From the NCBI GenBank assembly GCA_013265495.1, contig MU059953.1, positions 4,116,501 through 4,180,500 of the forward strand: a stretch of DNA of 64,000 nucleotides, in the 5' to 3' direction. Of the stretch, positions 1-12,200 are shown piece by piece. Position 1 is the stretch's first letter. Each line of letters begins with the position of its first letter. The DNA is from Vicugna vicugna. Lineage: Eukaryota. The notes under the pieces were generated by a model that was given only the letters and a program-made list of their open reading frames with translations, was not told where the DNA came from and did not search any database. A program made the translations under genes and the position numbers.

Positions 1-1
1 G

Positions 2-214
2 GACCCGGGCATCACCGACTCCCTGGGGGCCGGCCTGGTGCACCATGCCACCCGGGCCGGCCACCTGGCCTGTGTCAAGTTCCTGGTGCAGCGGGCCAAG
101 CTGCCCAGCAACCAGCGGGCCCACAACGGGGCCACGCCGGTGCATGACGCCGCGGCCACGGGCAGCCTGGCCGAGCTGTGCTGGCTGGTGCGCGACGGGG
201 GCTGTGGTCTGCAG
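2..214 (+). CDS. ESPNL: ESPNL exon 1 coding part (start codon upstream of window)
   Basis: [29 protein letters not shown]...GGCGLQ, then donor GTGAGT at 215. Confidence 0.95.
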
Positions 215-3200
215 GTGAGTGGGAACAGCGGCCGAGCCGGGGCAGCGTCCATGGGGATCGAGGGAGGGGTGCGCCGAGAGCTGGGACCGGAGCCCCGAGC
301 CTCCCCTGGGCACCTGGGCCCTGGGCTGATTCTCTTGGGAAGTCACCATGCAAACCCCGCAGCACCATCAGTGGTGTCTGCCTCTGCCCCATGCCCTGAC
401 CAATCCCGAAACAAAGCCCTGGAAAGCCACGGGCGTGTCCCCGGCGCCCAGCACAGAGCAGTCACCGGACTTCTGTCTCCCCACAGCCCCACCCAGGGGC
501 ACCTGCCTTGCCATGGGGGGTCTTGTTCTCATCAGGCCTGTTTCCAAGCGGCCTAGAAGAGGGTCCGTACGTAAAGAAGCTCGTTGGGCAGTGGAACTCA
601 GGAGCTGTGGTCACCGGCCTGGCTGACTGGGGGCCTAAGGGGGTTGACAGCACAGGGGGCTGCTGCGGGGGAAGTGGGACGAGAGCCTTGATGGTAAAGA
701 GCAGGGTTTCCAGGGCTCAGTGATGGTCTCGTAGGAGCATTTCTACCTGCCCCCCCCTTTCCTGCCCACCCCCTGCCCTTTGTGTGGGTGAAGGACCGAG
801 GGAGGACGGTGGTTCAGCTCTGAGAGGGTGTAAGGATGCCCTCCCAGAGGCCAGGAAGCCCTCCCAGAGGCCAGAGCTGGGCAGGCAGCAACATGACGTG
901 CTGAGTCTTGGGTGAAGGAAGACTCACCGGTCACAGCCTGAGGGTCCAACAGCATCAGCACTGCCAGCCTCATCCTCAGTGGCTCTTCCCACAATCCCCA
1001 GGGCGGGAGCAGTGCACCTGTACACCTGGGAGAATGCCCAGGTCTGCCAGCTGCCCGGGGTGGAAATGCTCCCCAGCAAGAGGACTTGGGGCTGGCAGGC
1101 GGGCGCTCAGTGTGGGTGGGAAGGGCTGTGACTATGCCTGGGAGAGAGGGCTTGACTCCAGCAGGATCACAGATTTGGACCCAAAAGACCTATTGACTTG
1201 AGTCCTGGCCCTGCCTCTTCCTGGAGCAGGTGGCCTGGCTCAGTCCTAGAGACCTCCCTCTGAGGCACACTGTGGAATGGAGCAAACTGGAGGGAGGGGC
1301 AGAAGCTCTCCGGAAGGGTCCCGGGCAGCATGGTCCTGGGCGGCTGGCTCTGGCCGAACAGGTGCTGCCCAGCGAGGGTGGGTCCCGGCCTGCCGCCTGC
1401 TCACTGCCCCATCTGTGCCTCTGTAGGACCAAGACGCCTCGGGGGTGTCCCCGCTGCACCTGGCCGCCCGCTTCGGACACCCGGTACTGGTGGAGTGGCT
1501 GCTCCGAGAGGGCCACACGGCCACGCTGGAGACGCTGGAGGGGGCCTTGCCGCTGCACCACGCAGCTGTCAGTGGGGACCTGACCTGCCTGAAGCTCCTG
1601 GTGGCCGCCCACGGCAGGTGAGGAGGAGCTGAGCGCCACCTGTCGGGCAGTCTTGGGGCGCAGGCTGCTGGGAGGTTGCACAAGGAGGGCCCGGAAGGCA
1701 GGCTGCCGCCTCACCTCGGAGAGGTGGGCCTTCCAGGGTGGGGTTGGGGTGGGGGATGGCTGTGCGTGAGGACAATCTGGAGCCAGGGTGTGGGAGGGGA
1801 GCGGATGCCAGTGAGGCTCAAAGCAGGAGAGAGGCAGTAAGAACAGCCAGGAAGCTGCTACCAGGGCCAGAAGCTGTGCTCAGGCAGCTCCTGGCCCTGC
1901 CTGGGGGCGTCTCAGGGCCTAATTTCTCCGGGCTGGGAAGGTGGACCCCTCTAGTCACGTAAAGGAAGCAGAGGCTGTGCAGTGGACTTGGGGGGAGTGA
2001 GGCCCTCATAGGTCCGCCTGAACTCTCCGTCCACAGTGTCCCATCCCTCACACTGTGAACCCCTGTCCCACAACCTGGAGTTGGTGGATGGGTGCAGAGA
2101 GGGGAGGGGATAGGACAGGCCCAGCTGAGGCAGGGGGCACAGGACTCCCCTTCCCATCGCGGGCACTCCTCTGGCCCTTGCCCCCTCCCAAAAGATACCC
2201 CAGGCACATAACAGACCATCTAGGGGTGCAGTGCACATGGCCTGCCCACCCCACCGTCTGTTCCCAGGTCTGCTGTCCTGGCTGCAAGTGGGACTCGTTC
2301 ATGTCCACCCCACACCTGACCTGGCCTTTCTCCCTGTAATCTGCCTGCCTCTAACCACGTTTCTACTCCTTCTGTGGGGTGTCTTGTTGGATGGATGGCT
2401 GTCCTGGCCGCCCCACGATGGTTCCCAGACAAGGCCTGAGAGCTCAGCGGTGGAACAGTGTCCCAACCCTTCTGCAAAGGCCTTTGGGACTTACTTCTGT
2501 GGACCTTCCCCAGAGCGTCCACACTGGCTGCCCTGGATCTGGCCGGCCACAGTGTGTCTGTTAGACCTGCAATTATTTTTTTTCTTTTTAAATGGAGGTA
2601 CTGGGGACTTCATGCACGTTAAGCATACGCTCTACCACTGAGTTAAACTGGGAGACCACACATTCACAGGGAAAGGTCCCCTGCCCCAGGGCCCACATTC
2701 CCACTGGCACTGACCACAGGAGCCAGAGGTTAGGTCTTTATCGACAAGGGATGGAGTCGGCCTTGGGGAGGGGACTGCTCTTCCGTGCAGGGCTTCACTA
2801 GTGCCAGGCCTGGGTGCCCAAGGAAAGGCTAGTGTCCTCCTCACAATGGCCCCTTGCACAGAGCAGGCCAAGGGCTCCGGAGGTTCCCTGACCTGCCCAC
2901 TGCAGGCCCTGCTACGCTATTCCCCCGCTGTGAAGCGCCCCCTGCCGGCGAGCCTCGGCCGCGCCCACAGCTTGATGAAGAGTCGGCCCGTGCCCGCCCC
3001 ACCCCCACCCCGTGCTCCCCTCTACGCGTGAGCCGCTGGGCCCCTCCGCCCGTAAGCGGGGCGGCCGCAAACAGGTCAGCCAGGTGCGCGGCAGCTCCCC
3101 GCAACCCCCGGCCGAGCGCCCTCTGACCCCCGCCCTCCCCCGCAGCGGCGTGAACCGGCGGACGCGCAGCGGCGCCTCGCCGCTCTACCTGGCCTGCCAG

Positions 3201-6200
3201 GAGGGCCACCTGCACCTGGCCCAGTTCCTGGTGAAAGACTGCGGCGCCGACGTGCACCTGCGCGCCCTGGACGGCATGAGCGCGCTGCACGCCGCCGCCG
3301 CCCGCGGCCACTACTCGCTCGTCGTCTGGCTGGTAAGGGGGCGCCGGGGGTGCGGGGCGCCGAGGTCCGGGAAGGCTGGCACCTGCTCCTGCCTCGGCCC
3401 CAGAGCCGCCTTCGAGCAAGCAGAGCCTGGCTGTGGTGGGTGCGCCACCCCCTGGGTCTCCGTTTGTCCGCAGGAAGTTCGGGAGCCCACCGGGTTGTTG
3501 GAGGATCAGACGCGCCCACCATGGCTTAGAGCAACCACATGCCAGGCCCAGTCTGCGCCCCGGGGTTCAGCCCCCAGCCCGCAGCTTTGATCAGAGGTGG
3601 CTGTGGATGAAGTCAGCAGAGACCATGGGGTCCCAGGCCGGAAAGGCCTTTGCAAATGTGACTCCCCACTCCCTCCTCCTGCAGGACAGACGGAGGGCAG
3701 AAGGGGCAGTGTCCAGCCTGGCTCACCCACTCAGGGCTGGGCACCCTCTCCCTGGGAGGGCAGGCCAATGGGAGGGCCTCTGTTCCCAGCTCATTGTCTT
3801 TCTCCTAACAGACATGCTTGAATGTTGGATCTGCTGGCATGTGGCTGCAGTGACCCCCAGAAGGTTGTCCCTCCCACATAGAAAGCCCCAGGAGGCCGCT
3901 GGTATGGGGTCACATCTCTGCTGTTCCCATGGCCTTTCCCTCATGGTGAAAGCCGTATTCAAGGCAGGAAGAGGGAGAAAAAGGGGTGACACCACATCTA
4001 CCGGCCCCTTCTATCAGGAAGGCAGAACCTTCCCAGAAGAGCCCCTTCCATCTCACTGGCAGGCCGGGCCACGTGGCTGTCCCAGGTGCACGCAGTTCAG
4101 CGTGAGCCTGTAGGCCCACTGGGTGCTGTGGACCAGATCCCACCAGTGCCCTCACAGAGGGGCAGCTGAGGGCCCGTGAGGAGGGCCGGCTGGAAGTCGC
4201 CCCTATGGTGACCAGCAGGACGGTGCCCCAACCCTGGGATGACCAGGCTGCAGTCCAGCACTCTGGCCAGCCTTGGTCAGTGGACCCACTTCCCAGCACC
4301 CCTGTGTCTTTGCGCTGGAGCCGGGATCAGGACGCAAACACCTGGTGCCAGGATGTCCTTTCTCCCCTCTCTCTCTCCCTCCCTTCATCAGCGAACATCT
4401 CTTTACTGTCCCTTAGGTGCTGCCCAAGGTGGCTTTTCATTTGATGTGTGAAACCAGCCCCTGGGGGTGTTTAGCTTAAATTAAACCATAGAGCTCTCTT
4501 CCTTCCAACGCTGCCTGAGGCTCATATGCGGATCCAGCTTGGTCCCTGGAGCTTCCAGCCCTGAAGCAGACGTGGTCGCCTGCAACCAGCCTCAGCAAGT
4601 TGGTTCCCTCTTCCTCAGGTCACCTTCACAGACGTAGGCCTGACGGCGCGGGATAATGAGGGGGCCACCGCCCTCCACTTCGCAGCCCGAGGCGGCCACA
4701 CGCCCATCCTAGATCGGCTTCTGCTGATGGGTGCTCCCATCGTGAGAGACTGCTGGGGTGGGACCCCCCTCCACGATGCAGCGGAGAACGGGCAGATGGA
4801 GGTAAGGCAGCTGCTGGGGGTGGTGCACGCTGGGTCCCACAGTGCTTACTAGGCCCGGACACTTCCTGAATGAGTCAGTGAACCCTCCCAGCAACCCTGC
4901 AGGAGGAGAGACGCGGTTATTCCCCTCTTATAGATGGGTGAACTGAGGCTCAGACTGGCCCTTGCCCAGGGCCCAGACTCTGATGTATCTGGGAACAAAA
5001 TCCATCTCTCCCCTCCGCCTGCGGGCCCCTCCCTTTGCACCGAGGCTCCCTAGGTGCCTGCTCTGGGACTGGTCTTCCTGCTGGTCCTCCCAGGGTGGCC
5101 TTTTAGCTTCAGGCCCCCTCTGTCAGAAGGCTGTGCGCAGAGACCTGCCAGGGGTGTGGCATTAACACCTTTGCTGTGATCCAGAGAAGCCTTGAGGGCT
5201 CACACGGCCCGTCCCCAGGGAACAGCATCCAGAGACCCAGAGTAGGCAGGATGGTGTTCAACGCTGGGAATGGACCCGGCCATCGGGTCCTGCACTGGCG
5301 CCACCTGCCTGCCGACCTCACGTAGAGGCATCTGAGGGAATACAGAGGTTTCCTCCTCCACCCGCCCCAACCAGGCCACACAGCAAGGACTCCAAAGCAA
5401 GTCGGCTCATCCCCAGGACGTCTCCTGGGCGTTCCCACGGCCCCCAGGGCTCAGGTGCTGCCGTCTGGAGCCGTGAGAATTGTGCTCGCGGCCCAGGAAA
5501 GGCTAGTTGAGAGCGAGTGTTTTATTGAGGTGCAACTGAGTGTCCCATTTTGGGCCTACGGTTCCGGACGGCTCTTTCCAACGGGAACCCAAAGTGCTCC
5601 TGGGGCCCAGCTGGTCCAGTCAGAGCAGCGTTGAGTAAAAGAAGCGCAGGGCAGTGATCAAGAGTGCCCGGAAGGCACTCGGTCCTTCTGAAGAATCAGG
5701 AGACCCAATCCCAGCTCACAGCAGCGCTCCCGAAAACTTGTCCTCTGACTCTCAGGAGTCCTGAGGCCCCCTCCTGCCCACCCCCACTCCTGCTCCCTGC
5801 TCCATTCCCTCCTGCTCCTCTCCATCTCCTCCTGCTCCTCCCCCACCCCTCCTGCTCCTCCCTCCACCCCTTCCTGCTCCCTGCCCCAACTCCCTCCTGC
5901 TCCACAGTGTGCATATGCCATATTATCTTTATCCATTCATCCGTCAAGGGACATTTGGGTTCCAACTTTGGCTCTTGTGAAGAATGCTGCGATGAACGTG
6001 GTGTGCAAGTACCTTTTCAAGGCCTTGCTTTCTACTTTGATGACCTTTTAAAACGTTAAACCAACCTTGCATCCTTGGAGTAAACTCAAGTTGGTCACAA
6101 AACATGATCTCTTTTACGTATAAGTGAATTTGATTTGCCAACATTTTGTTTAGGATTTTAGGTGTGGTATACAGCACTGGTGAGATGGTTCTTAAACTTG

Positions 6201-9200
6201 GCTGTACGCTGGGACTCTTCATAACAGGTTTAAAATACTCTAATACCTGGGCTCCAGCAACCCCCGAGTTTCTGGTTTAATTGGTCCTGGAGAGCCCAAG
6301 ACGTTTTAATTTTATATTACTATTTTTTAACAGAGGTACTGGGGATTGACCCCAGGACCTCATGCGTGCTAAGCAGGCACTCTACCACTGAGCTATGCCC
6401 ACTCCCCTATCAAGACTTCTTGAAACGCCTTAGGTGATTCTAATATACCATCAAACTGGAGAGCCATCTGTGTGAACAGCATTAGCTGAGCTAATCTAGA
6501 AAGGATTCATAGAGTTGGTCATTTTCTTTTTGAGTCACATGGCCTTATTGGAAGACAGTCATTTTTAAAGCAGTGATCTGAATGTGGGAAGGAGCAGGGC
6601 TTCCAGCAAGGGAGAGAGGATTGGAAGCCATCAGAGTGCCAGGACAGCCGAGGGCGGAGGCTGCAGCTTGTAGTGAGAGGTCAGCGGTGGGAAGCCTTGA
6701 AGCCTGAACTAGCTGTAATACTGCGTAGAGAGGCGCTTTGAGCTGCTGTGGGATCACGAGGAGAGGCGTAGGGTTCCTTACTGTGGAGGAGGGCACGCGG
6801 TGGAGGGGGAGCCGCCGTAAGATGGGGTGTGGTCTGGGGCTTCGCCGACAAGGTTGAAGAGGAAACAGCAGAAGCCAGTGTAAACGAGATTCCTTCAAGG
6901 TGTAGATACGTGGTTTTAACTCACTGGTAGTTCTCCACCTAACTTAAAGTTTCTGCTAACTCAAGAAGGGGTGTTTACTGGGTATTGTGAGTCCCTAAAA
7001 AGCACTCTGAGCACAGATGCCTCTGTCGACTTTCTGTGCCTACACGAGGCGTCCGTGTCCTGCTGGTTCATTCATCAGAGCCTTTCACGTCCAACCATTC
7101 ATGTCCACACTTGGCTTGACTCAGAAACTCACCCATCCAACAAATAGATACTGAGCACTTGCTTAGAACGTAACCAAGGATTCGAGAACCAGAGAGTATT
7201 TGAAATAGATGAGTGGTGGGTTTTGAAAATTTCGGGGCTGTTTCTGTTGCTGGTCTGTTTTTGGGGTGCTCACATGGTGGGGGACGGGTGGTCTGCTATT
7301 CCAGGACGGTCCTGCACAATGAAGAAAGGTCTCATGCCCCACGAGACTTCCCAATGGATCAGCCGTGCATGTAGGTAGAAAACCTGTTCATAGTTATCTG
7401 AGCTTTGGACCCAACTCAAGTATATGTAATTACCTAAGCTTAGAACCTAAATTGAAATGTAGGTACACGTACACACCAACGTTTCTTTGTAGTTTAATGT
7501 ACTTAAGACTTTCCCAGGAAAGGTCCCGCTGTTCACACTGAGGGAAGACAGCATTTTGCTTTATTTAGCACTTCACCAAGAATTATTCGCCAGTTGGGAA
7601 AATGACATCACTGATGGCAATACTGAACCTGACGCTTGAGTCTTTGGCCGTCTGAGTTTTGACTGTTGAATTTGCAATGATGCTACGAAAGACTAGTTAA
7701 AGGATGATTTTTGAAACTGCAGGTAATGATGACTCTCATTCAACTCTGAAATGAGCCTGTGTCCAGGTTTTTATTTCACTCATTCACTAATAAGGAAACC
7801 ATTAATCCAAAGTGATAGTATGTGCCTTTTCAAATTAGAGCTTTCATCTTTTCCAGATGTTTGCCCAGGAGTGGGATTGCTGGATCATATGGTCACTCTA
7901 CTTTAAGCTTTTTAAGGAACCCCCATACTGTCCTCCACAGTGGCTGCACCAAACTGCATCCGCACCAGCACCCTTTTCTCCACAGCCTCTCCAGCATTTA
8001 TCACTTGTGAACTTTTTGATGATGGCCATTCTGACATNNNNNNNNNNNNNNNNNNNNNNNNNNNNNNNNNNNNNNNNNNNNNNNNNNNNNNNNNNNNNNN
8101 NNNNNNNNNNNNNNNNNNNNNNNNNNNNNNNNNNNNNNNNNNNNNNNNNNNNNNNNNNNNNNNNNNNNNNNNNNNNNNNNNNNNNNNNNNNNNNNNNNNN
8201 NNNNNNNNNNNNNNNNNNNNGCTGTTTGTGTATTTTGGACATTAGCCCCTTGTCGGTCACAGTATTTGCAAATGTTTTCTCCCATTCCATAGGTTGTCTT
8301 TTCATTTTGTTGGTGTCTTCAAATCTATCATGTTGCTTTTTTCTCTTTTTCTTTCTTTTCTTTTCTTTTTTTTTTTTTAAGGATTTTCCTTTTTTTCCCC
8401 TTAACAGTGGCCCTGGGGATTGAACCCAGGACCTCGTGCACACCAAGTACACCTTCTACCCTCCTGTGTTGCTCTCTGTAGTTTTCTGTCCCATGCCTAG
8501 ATTTTCAAGCTTGGATTTGACGTCTTTGGAAGCAGTGAGCACGGCGGCTTCAGTCTGTTACTTCCCGGGTCTTTGGCAGTCTGTTTCTTGGTGGGCGTTG
8601 GGTGCTCTGGTTCTCACTTCTGGTAGCTCCTTCCCTTGTGCTCCTGGTTTTGTCTGTGTGCTGCACATTATATTTGGAAAATGGTCCCTGGGAGTCATTT
8701 GAGGTGTTGGCTGACATCTTATCTGCGTCTTCCCATAGGGCGCAGGTGGGAGCTGCATGCCCAGCGTCATCTTGGTCCACAATCCAGGCTTGAGGTCCCT
8801 GGAGCACCTGCGTGACAGGAAGCAGAGGGCTGGCTGGCTCTTGCTTTATCTCTTCTCTGGGGATGGATCCCCCAGCCTGCGGGGGACCCTGCACTCTTGC
8901 TGGCATCCCCAGTCCCATGGGGCTGTGAAAGAGCTGCTCAGGCTACAAGCATGCCTTCTGCATCAGCGTGCTCTTAGGGCAAAAGCCGCACTGAGAGATG
9001 GGCTTATCCCTCCAGACTTTCCTGTCTCCTGAGCTTGGCCTGGTAATTCCTTGCTTCCTTGTTGTCTAGCTGACGCCCTAGGAAGGTGCCTTTTTTCCAC
9101 GCTGACTCTGGGGAGTGGATTGGTGTGAGCTGCCTGCTTCTCTACTCGTTGGTGCAGATCCATCTGCCCGCCTGCTTTTGCTGCTGGTGCGGCCACCTCA

Positions 9201-12200
9201 CGGATTTCCGGACTTATATCTTGGTCATCTGTAACCACCCACCCTCTGCTCACAAACGCCACCAGGAACCTCAGTCATCCTGCAGGAAAGTTCTCCCCTC
9301 CCCCCACCTTCCCCGGCTGCTGTTCTGACACCATCTGGGGCCATGACCGACACTCCTGTCCTGTCCCCTTTCCTCCACTCTGCTTTTGCTGCGACGCCCC
9401 CCGCCCCACCCGTGCTCTGGACTCAGCCTGCTCCTGAAGCCCCCGTAACCTCCTCTCGCTCCATTGCAGCCTCCTTCACAAACCCAAATTTCCTCTAGCT
9501 TTCCACCCCTCCATCCTCTCTCTCCTCCCTGCTTCTGAGCCTCCAGGCCTTCCTCTCCTCCCACGTCCCATCACACAAACCCAGAGGACTGCTCAGAAGG
9601 GAAATAGGGGGCCCAGGCCCTAGCTTGACCAGGGGAGGAGTACGTGTGTGGCTGGCAGAGCTGGGTGTTCAGAGATGGGGACATAGAGGATGAGGGTGGG
9701 AACCCCAGGAGCTCACAAAGGCCAAGGTGAGGCCAAGAGGAGGGTCTGGTTGAGTTCCCGGTCTGACTGGGAGGCCAGGAAGCAGGCGGGGCAAGGTGGG
9801 TGAGGTGAGTGAGGGCACAGGCTGGAGTCCTGGGGGTGGAGCCAGGCTGTTTAGCCTCCTGCACCCCAGTTTCTTGGGGTAAAAGTGACACAGATCTCTG
9901 AGGTTACGTATTTGTAGGCCAAGGCAGGGGCTACCAGTGCTAGGTCAGGGTCAGGCTGCCTGGCTGGGGTCCGGCTGTGCTGCTGACGCACTGGCTGGGC
10001 CCTTGGCGAGTTCCTGAGTGTGGAACCCCGGTGCCCCATCTGGGACAAGGGGGCAGTGACACCTGCAGGACCTGGAGCTGGTGCTGCCAGGACAGGACGG
10101 TCGTGGGTTGGGGCGGGAGCTCAGCACCCTGCACTAGATGGCTGCACAGCCTGGGTGTCCCAGCTGGGGGGTGGGCCTGGGAGCAGGGAGCTGGCGGCAC
10201 CGAGTTCACATGCTCACCGCCCCCCTGCAGTGCTGCCAGACCCTGCTCTCCCACCGCGTGGACCCCGCCCTGCGGGATGAGGATGGCTATGCGGCCGCAG
10301 ACCTGGCGGAGTACCACGGCCACCGTGACTGCGCCCAGTACCTGCGTGACAGTGCCCCGCCGGTAAGCCTTGGGCCCCATCCCTCCTAGGAGGGCAGGTG
10401 ACAGACCCCTGCTGTGTTGATGGCCAGGTAGCTAGATGACACGGTGTCGTCTGTCAGGAGAAAGGGCCAAGCTGGGGCTGAGCTGAAACCACAAGTCAGC
10501 TGGCTGGGTGCTCAGATTAGGGCTGTGACAGGGCTGGGCTGTGGCTGGACCTTGGCAGAGGCCTGTACTCCACTGGCCCACAGAAACTACGCTCATGACC
10601 CAGGCTACACCATGGCCAGAGCTCCTGTTGGGTGATGCTGTCAGGTTAAGGACACCGGGGGTGGGAGCAGGGCTCTGGGTCCTGGGGAGGTGCCCGATGA
10701 GGCAGGCCAGCCCTGTGCAGCCCACGAGGCAGAAGTTTCATCCGGCTCCCCTCTCTGGGTGTGCGACCTCATCCGGCGTCGCATCCACAAGGTCGGGGAT
10801 CTCCTGTGCCTCAGTCCCCAGCACGTGACGGGTTACACGTGTTTGTTGAATGAATGGAGCAGTGGACAGCCGGTTGAGCAAGTGGACTGGTGGGGTGGAT
10901 GGCCGGGTGTGTGGTGGGGAGGCCAGTCAGTGTGGGGCCAGGCTCCCCCCAGTCCCCTCCTGCCTGCCCTCCACCTCCCCGCTGCCCTGACAATTCATCC
11001 CAACCCGCACAGATTTTGCCGCAGTTCTCTGTAGTGGCCGCCCCTTCGGAAGGTGTCCCTGGGATCGCCTGGCCCCATTTTCAGGTGAGAGCACTGAGGC
11101 CAGAGGGGTAACGTGCCCCCCACATGGGTCTCACCCTGGGCTGCTGCACCTCCTCTTCTCTCAGGGTGTCCCTGGAGCGTCCAGGACCCACTGAGGCAGA
11201 GCCGCAGTCCTCACCCAGCCCCCGCCAAGAGCCTCTTGTCTTCACCGCCCAAAACCCACATCAGGGCAGCTGCGGGTCGGGGGCCTCGGGTGCTTTGGGG
11301 CACATGTGTTGGAGCCCTGGTTTGTCCTGGTTTCTAGTTTCGGAAAAAGAAACTACTGTTACTGGCTTGAGGTAATCCATTTACTAATTATTTACTAACC
11401 CTTCGATGGGTAATTGTTTGATAAAGGGTTGCCTTTCTGGCTTGGGTTGGAGAAGCTGGTAGAACTCAGCCGGTTCCTGGTGTAGCGGGCAGAGCTTTGC
11501 CGCACAGGCTGGGGAAGCCCTGGCCTCCATGTGGGCCCTGAGGTTAGGAGGTGGGATGGGCAACTGCTCTGCTGTCAGGCCTCTGGCTGGGGTCCCCTAC
11601 CTGTCCCCAGCCCATGCTTCGGTGGCAACAGCTGGGACTTCTGTCCAAGCAAGGTCTCTGTCCCCAGCCCTCCATCCCCAGGCCCTGGCACCTCTGCCAG
11701 CCCCTCCTGGCCACTCAGCCCAGCTCTCTTAGGGGGATGGAGATTCTGGGCACTCTCCTGACACCCCCGGGGTTGTGGGGGCCAGCCCATGTCAGGCTTC
11801 CTGAAGTTCCTTCTGGTCTGGCTGTCTCCTTGATGTCACATGGGCTATGAGGCATTGTCCCCTTCACTCAGGATTTCCCAAACCAGCCAGGCTGCCTGTG
11901 TAGCCTCCCCACCTGACCTGTGGGCCAGCGGTGTCCAGCCTGTGGCGTTGGTGGTGGAAGGTGTCCACCTCCTTGTGATCCACTGCACCTGAGGTGGGCT
12001 GGAGTTGTCCCCCCTCCACCTGCCTCACATTCACTGTCCCAGCCCCGCGGGAGGGCAGGCTGTCAGCTGTGGGCCGCCAGGCTGGGGGAGGCTGTGCGCC
12101 CGATGCAATATTGATGGAAACACAATACACAGAAGTCACCGGCGGGGCCTCTTCCATGTCGGGCTCGGAGGAGGCAGTGAAAGCCGGCATTTCCCTCTCG

